Shown: positions 9,209-18,529 of the stretch, in pieces
Layout: every line of letters starts with the position of its first letter
How positions within the stretch are numbered: the stretch's first letter is position 1
From: Haloglomus sp.
Lineage (GTDB): Archaea; Halobacteriota; Halobacteria; Halobacteriales; Haloarculaceae
Length of the DNA stretch: 46,608 nucleotides
NCBI GenBank assembly: GCA_042217755.1
Contig: JBDGSA010000073.1
Location: forward strand, 1 to 46,608
Direction: 5' to 3'
The notes under the pieces: generated by a model
Told to the model about the DNA's origin: nothing
What the model saw: the letters and a program-made list of their open reading frames with translations, nothing else
Database searches by the model: none
Translations under genes and position numbers: made by a program

Positions 9209-10243
9209 ATGCCCTCCAGGCGGCAGTTCCTCGCGACGGCCGGCGCGGCCGCAGCAGCCGTCGGTCTGGCCGGCTGTTCCGGTGACGCTGACGACTCGCC
9301 GTCGGGACAGTGGCTGTACGACCCCGGCGCGGTGTATGGGCGGTCGTTCCCGTGGCAATCCTACCTGTCGGTGGCGATGCCGACGGCGTGGCAGCGACGC
9401 GAGCAGCTGCCTGACGAGTGGGTCGCGACGGCCACCTCCTTCGACGAGGGGGTGGAGTCCGTGAACGTGGACGACCTCGACCGGCTGACGACACTCGCGT
9501 TCGGGACCGAGGAACTGACCACCGTCGGGGCGACGGCCGCGGCGACAGGTGATATCAGGCCGCGGCCGGTGGTCCAGGAGTTCGTCGACGGGAACGTCAC
9601 AGAGTACGAATCGGTGGCGGACTACCGACTGTTCGGCTACGCGCCGAGCTTCCTGCAGCGCGTCCAGCGCGACGGCGTGACCGCTCAGGGGACCTTCGGC
9701 CTGGCCGTCGGGCAGGGGACCGCCGTCGCTGGCGGCCTGCTCGCACCGACGGGAACCGCCGTCGACGCGGTGGCCGAGATGGTCCGGGCCGGGAGCGCCG
9801 CCGCGGGCGGCGCAGCCGCGGCTCCGAACGGCGACCTCCAGGTCGTGGGACGAGCGTTGCGCGGCTCGCCGCTCGGGAGTCCGCCTGTCTCCGGCGGCAT
9901 CGCTTTCGAGGGCGAGTTCGCGTCGCGACTCGCCGGGGTCGTCCCCGAGAGCTGGCCCACGCTCGTCGCGATTCTCGACGACCTCCGCGCGTTCGGCGTG
10001 GGACTCCGGTTCGCCGAGGCGGCCACCCTCACCTCGTTCGTCTTCGTCTTCCACCCACGCTCTATCGCCGAGAACGAGAACCTCCGGACGGCCGTCCAGA
10101 AACTCCTCGACGAGTCAGAGGACCCCGACAGCGGCATCGTCGGCGTTCGGCTCGGCCCCGGCGCTCGTTCGCTGGTCGTTCAGACGACGGTCTCGGCGGA
10201 GGCCGTATGGACTGACTTCCGCGACAATCTGCCCGGTTTCTGA
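9209..10243 (+). CDS. Tat-exported lipoprotein, unknown function
   Basis: SRRQFLA twin-arginine motif and LAGC lipobox. Confidence 0.85.
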   Translation: MPSRRQFLATAGAAAAAVGLAGCSGDADDSPSGQWLYDPGAVYGRSFPWQSYLSVAMPTAWQRREQLPDEWVATATSFDEGVESVNVDDLDRLTTLAFGTEELTTVGATAAATGDIRPRPVVQEFVDGNVTEYESVADYRLFGYAPSFLQRVQRDGVTAQGTFGLAVGQGTAVAGGLLAPTGTAVDAVAEMVRAGSAAAGGAAAAPNGDLQVVGRALRGSPLGSPPVSGGIAFEGEFASRLAGVVPESWPTLVAILDDLRAFGVGLRFAEAATLTSFVFVFHPRSIAENENLRTAVQKLLDESEDPDSGIVGVRLGPGARSLVVQTTVSAEAVWTDFRDNLPGF

Positions 10244-10297
10244 GACGGACTGTCGTGACTGAGGCCGACTGACGTGACTGAGACGGACTGTCGTGAC
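10241..10297. repeat. 19-bp tandem repeat (3 copies) starting at the TGA stop, with inverted copy at 10344-10356
   Basis: TGAGACGGACTGTCGTGAC / TGAGGCCGACTGACGTGAC / TGAGACGGACTGTCGTGAC. Confidence 0.9.
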
Positions 10298-10456
10298 TAC
10301 CGGTCTCCGCCGACTACGGGGCCGGCGACAGCCGGAACTGACCCACGACAGTCCGTACGAGGCCGGACCCGGTCCGGCGGGTGACGTCGGTGTCACTCGC
10401 TTCGAGACCGCGGATGCAAAGCGTCAAACGGCCGCCGGCCGAATCAGTCCGCACTC

Positions 10457-11800
10457 ATGGTTCTCGGGACCGACCGACGCGTATTCGCCCTGGCCATGGC
10501 GCGCATGGCCGACGCGCTCGGGAACTCCTTTCTCATCATCGTCCTGCCGCTCTACATCGCCAGCGGGCAGATCGCTATCGATGGCCTGACCGGCAGCCAG
10601 GTGCTCGGGTTCACGCTGACCGAGGAGTTCCTAATCGGACTGGTGCTCTCGCTCTTTGGCTTCCTCAACAGCTTCGGGCAACCCGTCACGGGGCGCCTCT
10701 CCGACCGTATGGGGGCACGCAAGCCGTTCATCCTCGGCGGCCTGGTGGTATTCGGAGTCGCGAGCGCGGCTTACCCGTTCGTCTCCTCGTACGCCGCGGT
10801 CCTCCTGGTCCGGGCGTTCCAGGGGCTCGGGGCGGCCTTCACGGTGCCCGCCACGGTGGCCCTCGTGAACGACTACGCCGCCGGCGACCGCGAGCGCGGT
10901 GGCAACTTCGGCGTGTTCAACACGTTCCGCCTGATCGGCTTCGGCTTCGGGCCCATCGTCGCGGGCATCGTCATCGCGGGCGGGCTCGGAAAGGAGACCA
11001 TCACGCAGTACGCGCTCGGTGGATTCACGCTCTCGGGGTTCAACGCCGCGTTCAGCATCGCCGTCCTCGGCGCCGTCGTCTCGTTTGCCATGGTCACTCT
11101 GCTGGTAGACGAACCGCCGCGAACAGACGCGGATGCGGCCGATGACCTCTCGGTGAACGTACTCGACCCCGAAGGGGGGCTCGATACGGTGTTCGCGGTC
11201 GGCGTGGGAACGCTGTTCATGGCTCTCACTATCGCGCTGTTCGCGACGCTGCAGGAACCGATCAATACGGCGCTCGGGCAGGGGTCGACCCTGTTCGGCC
11301 TCCAGTTCTCCGCGGTGGTCGCGGCGAACGTCCTGCTACAGGTCCCGATCGGCAACTGGGCCGACGAGTACGGCCGGCGCCCGTTCCTCGTCGGCGGCTT
11401 CGCGCTGCTCGCTCCGGCGGTCCTCGTCCAGGGGCTCATTCCCCTGTTCACGGCGTCCGGAACCCTCACTGGCCCGGTGTTGATGCTCGTCGCCCGGCTC
11501 CTGCAGGGCGTGTCAGTCGCAATGGTGTTCGCGCCCGGCCTGGCCATCGCGGGCGACCTCGCCGGCGACAGTTCCGGAACCACGCTCTCGGTGCTGACGA
11601 TGGCGTTCGGGCTCGGAATCGCGTTCGGACCGCTCGTCTCGGGCGTGCTCTACTCGTTCAGCCTGCTCGCCCCGTTCGCGTTCGGGGCCGCACTCTCGGT
11701 GCTCGCGCTCGTCCTCGTCGTCACGCAGGTCGAGGAGACGCTGGGCACCGGCGCCGCGCCGCCGGAGAGCGACGAACCGCCCGCCGTCCCACAGGACTGA
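10457..11800 (+). CDS. MFS transporter
   Basis: About 12 TM segments; GRLSDRMGARK and GNWADEYGRR motif A copies. Confidence 0.93.
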   Translation: MVLGTDRRVFALAMARMADALGNSFLIIVLPLYIASGQIAIDGLTGSQVLGFTLTEEFLIGLVLSLFGFLNSFGQPVTGRLSDRMGARKPFILGGLVVFGVASAAYPFVSSYAAVLLVRAFQGLGAAFTVPATVALVNDYAAGDRERGGNFGVFNTFRLIGFGFGPIVAGIVIAGGLGKETITQYALGGFTLSGFNAAFSIAVLGAVVSFAMVTLLVDEPPRTDADAADDLSVNVLDPEGGLDTVFAVGVGTLFMALTIALFATLQEPINTALGQGSTLFGLQFSAVVAANVLLQVPIGNWADEYGRRPFLVGGFALLAPAVLVQGLIPLFTASGTLTGPVLMLVARLLQGVSVAMVFAPGLAIAGDLAGDSSGTTLSVLTMAFGLGIAFGPLVSGVLYSFSLLAPFAFGAALSVLALVLVVTQVEETLGTGAAPPESDEPPAVPQD

Positions 11801-11894
11801 CGGGCCCGAATAACGCGACGCCCGGCCCGAGTGCCAGGGTGTGGCCAACCGAGCGAGGGGCAAGCCTTTGAGGTCGCCGTTCGACGCGACTGGC

Positions 11895-12371
11895 ATGCCA
11901 GGCGACGAGGAGACGGTGACCTTCGAGTTCTATGGCACCGTTCGGGACGCGGTCGGCGAGAAGACACTTTCGCGGACCGTCGAGCCCGGAACGACTGTGA
12001 ACGCGGCGCTCAAGCAGGTTGCGGCCGAACACCCCGACCTCTACTCGCTTCTGTTCACCAGCGAGGAGCGCCTCCGCCCACATATCAACGTCTCCCGCGA
12101 CGGGGAGCCGATCCGCGACCTGGACGGTCCGGACACCGAACTCACACCGGGCGACCGGGTGACCGTCGCGCCCTCGGTCTCCGGCGGTTCCGGCGCTCCG
12201 GGCAGTGCCGGCGTCCCGGGCGGCTCCGGCGCCCTGGGCAGTGTCGGCGTTCCAGACGGTTCCGGCGCTCCGGGCAGTGCCAGCGTCTCAGACGGCCCCC
12301 GCGTTCCGGGCAGTTCCGATGCCACCGGGCGGGGACGGCCGGCACGGAGGACGAGTGAGGGCGAGCGATGA
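11895..12371 (+). CDS. ubiquitin-like SAMP/MoaD beta-grasp protein with 60-aa extension after the di-Gly
   Basis: FYGTVRDAVG...HINVSRDGE...LDGPDTELTPGDRVTVAPSVSGG at aa 98, then Gly/Ser/Pro repeats; ATGA overlap with next gene. Confidence 0.85.
   Translation: MPGDEETVTFEFYGTVRDAVGEKTLSRTVEPGTTVNAALKQVAAEHPDLYSLLFTSEERLRPHINVSRDGEPIRDLDGPDTELTPGDRVTVAPSVSGGSGAPGSAGVPGGSGALGSVGVPDGSGAPGSASVSDGPRVPGSSDATGRGRPARRTSEGER
12183..12326. repeat. 36-bp coding tandem repeat (4 copies; 18-bp sub-unit)
   Basis: GGSGAPGSAGVP / GGSGALGSVGVP / DGSGAPGSASVS / DGPRVPGSSDAT. Confidence 0.9.
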
Positions 12372-13420
12372 CCGATCCGGCGCTCCCGTTCGAACTGGGG
12401 CAGATCCAGCTCGGCAACAACGCCTTCGAGGGTCAGAACAACTGCTACGTCATTGGCGCGAACGCCGACGGACCGACGACGCTCGTCGACACGGGCATCG
12501 CGACGCCGGAGACGGAAGCCGACCTCCGGGCTGGGCTCTCGGACTACGGCCTCGAGTTCGCCGACGTAGACCAGATACTGCTCACCCACTGGCACATGGA
12601 CCACGTCGGCCTCGCGGGCGCCATCCAGACAGAGAGCGACTGCGTGGTCCGTGCCCACGAGGCAGACGCCGGCCTCATCCAGGGTGACGAGGACGCCGAG
12701 GCCGAATCGCGCGGAACGCTCGAACGCCTCGTCGACGAGTGGGGGATGCCCGACGACAAGCGCGAGGAACTGCTCGCGTTCATGGACGCCGGCGAGGGCA
12801 AGAGCAGCGACGCGCCAGACGTAGCGCCGTTCGTCGGCGGCGCGACCTTCGAGGCGGGACCCATCCAGGTGGAGGCGGTCCACCTGCCGGGTCACGCTGC
12901 CGGCCTCACGGGCTACGCCTTCGACGGCCGGGACGGGCGCGAACTCTTCAGCGGCGACGCGCTCCTCCCGTACTACACACCGAACGTCGGGGGCGCGGAC
13001 ACTCGCGTCGAGCGCCCGCTCGCCGACTACCTGGAGACGCTCGCCGACATTGTCCGGACGGGCTACACCCGGGCCTGGCCGGGGCACCGGGGCGTCATCG
13101 TCGACCCCGTCGGCCGCGCGGCGGACATCGTCGTCCACCACCGCGAGCGGACGGGGAAGGTGGTCGACTTCCTCCGCGAGTCGGGGCCCGCGGACCCGTG
13201 GACCGTCTCGGCTCACCTGTTTGGCGCCCTCTCGAGCATCCACATCCTCCACGGGCCCGGCGAGGCGTACGCGCATCTCCACCACCTCGAAGAAGCGGGC
13301 ATCGTCGCGCGCGAGGGTCGCGCGTACGCGCTGGTCGAGGAGCACCCCGACCTCGACGCGCTCTTTCCGGACGTAGCCAGCGGGGCGCTGCGTCCCGACG
13401 CAATTCCCGGCCCCGGCTAA
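12368..13420 (+). CDS. MBL-fold metallo-hydrolase with C-terminal winged-helix-like region
   Basis: TLVDTG, THWHMDHVG, LPGHAAG, FSGD, WPGH; C-terminal EAYAHLHHLEEAGIV. Confidence 0.92.
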   Translation: MTDPALPFELGQIQLGNNAFEGQNNCYVIGANADGPTTLVDTGIATPETEADLRAGLSDYGLEFADVDQILLTHWHMDHVGLAGAIQTESDCVVRAHEADAGLIQGDEDAEAESRGTLERLVDEWGMPDDKREELLAFMDAGEGKSSDAPDVAPFVGGATFEAGPIQVEAVHLPGHAAGLTGYAFDGRDGRELFSGDALLPYYTPNVGGADTRVERPLADYLETLADIVRTGYTRAWPGHRGVIVDPVGRAADIVVHHRERTGKVVDFLRESGPADPWTVSAHLFGALSSIHILHGPGEAYAHLHHLEEAGIVAREGRAYALVEEHPDLDALFPDVASGALRPDAIPGPG

Positions 13421-13510
13421 CACGCCGGATTCGGCGCCTCGATTGCGGGATCTGGGCCATTACGTCCGCTGAATCCGACGAATCACCACTCGCTGTTCCT
13501 TTCCCTCAAC

Positions 13511-13517
13511 GTTTAAA
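13511..13517 (+). promoter_or_regulatory. TATA box of sod
   Basis: GTTTAAA about 40 bp upstream of ATG 13554. Confidence 0.6.
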
Positions 13518-13553
13518 CCCGAGCCGTGAGTGATACCCGACTGGTGATATAGG

Positions 13554-14165
13554 ATGCCCGAACGTTCCAACCCCGAACTTCCCGACCTGCCGTACGACTA
13601 CGACGCACTGGAGCCGTTCCTCGACGAACAGGTGCTGACGTGGCACCACGATACCCACCACAACGGGTACGTCAACGGTCTCGACTCGGCCGAGGAGACG
13701 CTGGCCGAGAACCGCGACGAGGGCGACTTCGGGTCCTCCGCGGGCGCGATCCGCGACGTGACCCACAACGGCAGTGGGCACTACCTCCACACCCACTTCT
13801 GGGAGAACATGTCGCCCAACGGCGGCGGCGAGCCGTCGGGTGACCTCGCGGACCGCATCGAGGAGGACTTCGGCTCGTTCGAGGGCTGGAAGGGCGAGTT
13901 CAAGGCCGCCGCGGGCGCCGCGGGCGGCTGGGCCCTGCTGGTGTACGACCCCGTCGCCAAGCAGCTCCGGAACCTCGTGGTCGACAAGCACGACCAGGGC
14001 GCGCTCTGGGGCAGCCACCCCATCGTCGCGCTGGACGTGTGGGAGCACTCCTACTACTACGACTACGGTCCGGACCGCGGCAGCTTCATCGAGGGCTTCA
14101 TAGACCACATCGACTGGGGCTACGCCGAAGAGCAGTACGAGACGGTCGTCGACCTGTTCGAGTAG
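13554..14165 (+). CDS. sod: Mn/Fe superoxide dismutase
   Basis: LPDLPYDYDALEP, WHHDTHH, HNGSGHYLH, DVWEHSYY. Confidence 0.97.
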   Translation: MPERSNPELPDLPYDYDALEPFLDEQVLTWHHDTHHNGYVNGLDSAEETLAENRDEGDFGSSAGAIRDVTHNGSGHYLHTHFWENMSPNGGGEPSGDLADRIEEDFGSFEGWKGEFKAAAGAAGGWALLVYDPVAKQLRNLVVDKHDQGALWGSHPIVALDVWEHSYYYDYGPDRGSFIEGFIDHIDWGYAEEQYETVVDLFE

Positions 14166-14337
14166 CGACGCGACGAGAGCGCCGCGACGGTTCCACATCC
14201 ACGCATTCTTTCGCGCTCGCCCGAAGAGCGACAGCTCCGTCAACGTGTCTAGATATCGACAGGGCCGCGCACCGGAACATAAATGGCCGAACTGTTCGGG
14301 CCACGATGCAATCCCGTCTCGGGCGAACGTCCTCCCG

Positions 14338-14943
14338 ATGAGACGACGTGCCTTCCTCGGCGCACTCGCGTCGGGAGGTGCGGCCGCCCTCGCTGGCTGT
14401 GTGTCGCGACAGACCGTAGAGCGTGTCTCCGCCACACCCGAGATACCGCGCGGCGAATTCTACCACGTCACGCTGCGGCTCGGCGAGCCGGGAAAGCAGT
14501 TCAACCTGCGCTACGAGGTAACCGCCGAGAAGCCGTTCGACGTGCTGCTGTTCGGTGGGCAGATCGACCCGGCGGAGTACGACGCCTATCGCCGGGCAGT
14601 CAAAGCCACGCGCGGCGAAGGCGGGAGTCCTCCGGGTGGCGAGCCCGGGAACCATCCGGATGCCGACCACGCGCCCGGTAACGGGCCCGAGAACTGCCCG
14701 CTGGATCCCGTTTCGCGCTCGCCCGGTCACGAGGGAGAGCATCCCGATCACTCGGCGTGCCCCAGGCCCTCGAAGTGGCACTCGGTCGTCGGAACCAGAC
14801 ACGGCGAGGTGAACAAACCGCTGCGCTCCGGTGTCCACCACTTCGTCGTCGACAACACGGCGCTCGGCGAGGCGACGCCGACCGGGACGCTCCGGCCGAC
14901 CGTCGACCTGCAAGTCCGCGACTTCGAGATACTCTCCAGTTGA
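14338..14943 (+). CDS. Tat lipoprotein with His/Cys-rich insert
   Basis: MRRRAFLG...LAGC; C-terminal HHFVVDNT; internal NHPDADH...C...HEGEHPDHSAC. Confidence 0.75.
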   Translation: MRRRAFLGALASGGAAALAGCVSRQTVERVSATPEIPRGEFYHVTLRLGEPGKQFNLRYEVTAEKPFDVLLFGGQIDPAEYDAYRRAVKATRGEGGSPPGGEPGNHPDADHAPGNGPENCPLDPVSRSPGHEGEHPDHSACPRPSKWHSVVGTRHGEVNKPLRSGVHHFVVDNTALGEATPTGTLRPTVDLQVRDFEILSS

Positions 14944-15029
14944 CAGTCCAGCGGGGGGCAGGTGCTCGAGACCAGCGGCATCCGAGCCGTGACCAGCAAC
15001 GGTTTATTCCGCTCGCGTCACGCTCAGGT

Positions 15030-15320
15030 ATGCCCCGCCCTCGCGATTCGTTCGACGACCTGCGCGACATGGAGTTCCGCGAACCGGACGAGGTGCTCGA
15101 CGCCGACAGGCTGTACACCGTCTACGAGATCGCCCGCCTGCTGCAGGGCGTTCCACTGGGCACGGAGCTGGACGTCGAGACCGAGAACGTGCTGCTCGAC
15201 TGGGCCATCCCGTGGCTGATGTACAATCAAGAGCAATTCGTCTTCGCCGAACCCGAACACGAATCACAGCCGGGGTACTACGGGCTCAAGACCGAGAATA
15301 CCCCGAGCGACGGCGACTGA
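15030..15320 (+). CDS. DUF5827-like conserved haloarchaeal protein
   Basis: MPRPRDSF...LYTVYEIARLLQG...LLDWAIPW...PGYYGL; TTTATT at 15003. Confidence 0.75.
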   Translation: MPRPRDSFDDLRDMEFREPDEVLDADRLYTVYEIARLLQGVPLGTELDVETENVLLDWAIPWLMYNQEQFVFAEPEHESQPGYYGLKTENTPSDGD

Positions 15321-15359
15321 GGCTGGCCTCCACTCACGATACCCGCGCCGACACCTGCT

Positions 15360-16067
15360 TCACGACACCCGCGCGTCCCAGTAGGAGACCGACGCCAGGT
15401 GGCGCCCGATGGGCGTCCGCACGAGGGCCGTGTCGACTTCGCGGAACGGCCGGGCGACCTCACCGGGAACCTGCCGGTAGAAGCCGTACGGGAAGACGAA
15501 GTCGTGGTCGGAGCGCTCCAACTGGAGGCCGGCGCCCCGCAGCAGGCGCTCGACCTCGCCGGTCGAGTAGAGGCGCGACCCCATCGGAAGCGCGAAGTTG
15601 TAGATAGAGCGGAACGAGAATCGCTTGAACGTGTCGAAGAAGACCTGATTCCGAGAGACACGAGCCATCTCCGAGAGGAAGGAGGCGGGCCGGTCCGCGA
15701 GGTGGAAAAACCGCATCGCCAGCACCGAGTCGAAGTGGTCGTCCGGGAACGGCAGACGCGCGGCGTCGGCGCGCATATACTCGAGGTGTTCGTCGACGCC
15801 GACCTCCTGGGCCTTCGTGCGGCCCTGCTTCAGCATCGCCGCGGAGATGTCCAGGCCGACGATGTCGGCGCCACGGTCCGCGAGAAGGGCCGTGAATCGA
15901 CCGGTACCACACGCGACTTCGAGTACCCGCCTTCCCTCGAGGTCGCCGAGAGCGTCGAGCACGGCCTCCTTCTCGCGGTCGTCGATGAGGCGGCCGCCGT
16001 TCGAGAAGCGCTTGTCCTCGTAGGCGTCGGCCACGTCGTCGGACTGGTACCACTCGCGTCCCTTCAC
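15360..16067 (-). CDS. class I SAM-dependent methyltransferase
   Basis: GTG start (M)KGREWYQ; VLEVACGTG, GLDIS, DAARLPFPDDHFD. Confidence 0.92.
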   Translation of the reverse strand: MKGREWYQSDDVADAYEDKRFSNGGRLIDDREKEAVLDALGDLEGRRVLEVACGTGRFTALLADRGADIVGLDISAAMLKQGRTKAQEVGVDEHLEYMRADAARLPFPDDHFDSVLAMRFFHLADRPASFLSEMARVSRNQVFFDTFKRFSFRSIYNFALPMGSRLYSTGEVERLLRGAGLQLERSDHDFVFPYGFYRQVPGEVARPFREVDTALVRTPIGRHLASVSYWDARVS

Positions 16068-16254
16068 GTCCGTACCACTCCCCAGTCGGTGGATAAAACG
16101 GTACTGAAACACACTCGCGGTCGGCGACGGGAGCGGGGTCGGTTGGATGTGGTGAGCCGTCGCCAGAGCGGAGTTGTCGGGGGGTCGCCGTCGGAGTCGT
16201 TGAAGAGTCGCCGGGGGAGCGTCGAGAGAGCGCGGAGAGGCGTCGGGTGAGTCG

Positions 16255-17502
16255 CTACTCCGCCTCGGCAGCGGGCGTGTCGAGTTCGTCGAGGTCGATC
16301 TGCTCGGCGAGCAGGACTTCCTCCTGGCCGGAGACGTCGCGCTGCTCGCGGGCGAGCTGTTTGAGCTTCGACTGCGGCGAGAGGTCGCCGATGAGGACGC
16401 CGCCGATGACCCTGCCATCCTTGAGTGCGACGCGGCGCCACTCCGAGTCGGAGTACTTCCGTTCGACGAAGTCGTCGCCAAGCGTCGGATGACCGAAGGA
16501 GAGGAACGGGAAGTCGAAGTGGGTGATGGAGTACGAGGAGACCCAGCGGAACTCCGCTACCGCTTCGTCTGCGACCATGTTCTGGGCGGCGATCGAACCC
16601 TGCTCTTTCGCCGAGCCCCAGGCGCCGTTCTGGGCGCGCTCGCCGAGCAGCAGGTCGTGGAACCGCGTGATGTCGCCCGCGGCGTAGACGTCCTCGGCGT
16701 TCGTCTGCATGTACTCGTCGACGACGATGCCGTCGTCGAGGTCGATGCCCGACCCCCGGAGGAACTCCGTGTTGAAATCGAGGCCGATGGCGACGCCGAC
16801 GAAGTCACCCTCGTAGAAGTCGCCGTTCGGGTCTGTCGCGCCGATGGCGACGCCATCTTCGTCGACCTCGAAGCGGTCGACGCCGGATTGGAAGACCGGC
16901 TCGACGTCCATCTCGCGCAGCGCCTCGTGGATGATTTCTGCGCCTTCCTCCGAGAGGGCATAGCGCCACCAGCAGTCGCCGCGCATCAGGTACTTCGCCT
17001 CGATGTCCTGGGCCCCGCAGATGGCCGCCAGGTCGATGCCCAGCAGCCCCGCGCCGACGACGATGCCCGTCTCGGCCGCTTCGGCGTGCGCTTTGATGGC
17101 GCGGGCGTCCTCGAACGTCCAGAAGTGGTGGACGCCCTCGGCGTCCGAGTTCTCGACCGGCAACTGGGTCGGGGTGCCGCCCGTCGCCACGAGGAGCTTG
17201 TCGTACTCGTAGGTGCCGCTCTCGTGGGTGTGGACCTCGTGGGCGTCGGTGTCGACCTCGGTGACGTACGTATTCAGTTCGAGGTCGATGCCACGCTCTG
17301 CGTACCAGTCCTCATCGTGGATGGAGATCGGCGCCTCGGGGAGCTTGCTTTTGGCGAACTCCTTGATGAGGATGCGGTTGTAGAGGGCCTCCCCCTCGTC
17401 GGTGAGGACCGTCACGTCCGAATCCGGATCCTCTTTCCGGATGGTCTCGGCGGCAGACGACCCCGCAATGCCGTCGCCGATAATGACGTGCGACGTAGCC
17501 AT
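16255..17502 (-). CDS. NAD(P)/FAD-dependent oxidoreductase (ferredoxin/rubredoxin reductase-like)
   Basis: IIGDGIAG, YDKLLVATG, VVGAGLLG, VDEYMQT..DVYAAGD. Confidence 0.92.
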   Translation of the reverse strand: MATSHVIIGDGIAGSSAAETIRKEDPDSDVTVLTDEGEALYNRILIKEFAKSKLPEAPISIHDEDWYAERGIDLELNTYVTEVDTDAHEVHTHESGTYEYDKLLVATGGTPTQLPVENSDAEGVHHFWTFEDARAIKAHAEAAETGIVVGAGLLGIDLAAICGAQDIEAKYLMRGDCWWRYALSEEGAEIIHEALREMDVEPVFQSGVDRFEVDEDGVAIGATDPNGDFYEGDFVGVAIGLDFNTEFLRGSGIDLDDGIVVDEYMQTNAEDVYAAGDITRFHDLLLGERAQNGAWGSAKEQGSIAAQNMVADEAVAEFRWVSSYSITHFDFPFLSFGHPTLGDDFVERKYSDSEWRRVALKDGRVIGGVLIGDLSPQSKLKQLAREQRDVSGQEEVLLAEQIDLDELDTPAAEAE

Positions 17503-17685
17503 GACAGGGTCTTAGAAACCCCGGCAAATAGGGGTTGCTATCGCTCGAATCCCGGATGAAGATACGTGATGGATTCTTTGCGACGTTCCCCGAACCGGCG
17601 AATCGGCGGCGCCAGTCCGTCCGAGGGTCGGGAATCGGGACGTGGTGTCGGGAGGTTCAAGCGTCTCCGGGCCCACGATTCGGAC

Positions 17686-18282
17686 ATGAAGATCCGCCAG
17701 AACCTGCGTCACTGGGCGGCCAAGAAGGCACTGACCACGCCCGTCATCGGATCGCGGGTGTCGGACAGACTGGTCGATATGCACACCGATATCTTCCTCG
17801 GAAAGACGGACGAGTCGAACCACGACGCCCGTCGCGACCACCTCGACGACTTCTTCGACGCCACGATGGACACCTACGTGGCTGCGCTGGAAGCGGGCTA
17901 CCCCGAGGCGGAAGCCCGCGAGATCACGCACATCCAGGCCAACTTCGACTTCTTCAACCACGGCTGGACGGAGATGATGGAGATTCCCGCGGCCGAACTG
18001 GAGGACCACTACCGCCGGTACGAGTCGTTCTTCTCCGACCACGGCATCACCATCGACGACCCGCTGGGCGAGTTCGCCCCACCCGGCGGCGTGACCAAGG
18101 CGCCCGCCACGCCGGAGAAACTGGCGGACCCCGAGTACGAGAACGCCCTCGAGGGGTTCGCCGACGACGTCTACGTCGAGACGCCCGACGGCCTCCTGAA
18201 GGGCCAGGGCACCGCGGAACCCGAGGATGTCGACCCGACCGAGGCGCCCGGCGTGGACGACGAGGAAGCGAGCGCGGACTGA
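17686..18282 (+). CDS. DUF6149-like conserved haloarchaeal protein
   Basis: MKIRQNLRHWA...EAREITHIQANFDFFNHGWTEMME. Confidence 0.75.
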   Translation: MKIRQNLRHWAAKKALTTPVIGSRVSDRLVDMHTDIFLGKTDESNHDARRDHLDDFFDATMDTYVAALEAGYPEAEAREITHIQANFDFFNHGWTEMMEIPAAELEDHYRRYESFFSDHGITIDDPLGEFAPPGGVTKAPATPEKLADPEYENALEGFADDVYVETPDGLLKGQGTAEPEDVDPTEAPGVDDEEASAD

Positions 18283-18286
18283 CGGC

Positions 18287-18450
18287 CGTGTCCGCGTCCA
18301 TTCCGAGGTCTGCGTCCGTGGCGGAATCTGTTCCGGTGTCCGTACCCGCGTCCGTTCCGAGGTCTGCGTCCGTACCCGTGTCCGCGTCGGCAGCCACATC
18401 CGTACCCGTGTCCGCGTCGGCAGCCACATCCGTGCCTCTGTCCGCGTCTC
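18287..18450. repeat. degenerate 30-bp (6-bp sub-period) tandem array right after the DUF6149-like stop
   Basis: CGTACCCGTGTCCGCGTCGGCAGCCACATC twice (18371-18430) plus diverged flanking copies. Confidence 0.85.
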
Positions 18451-18529
18451 CGGCCCACGTCCGGTCACGTCGAGCGCCGCGCTCGCGACCGCCGTCGCTC
18501 GGCCCGCGACCGCGCGCCCCGTAGACAGC

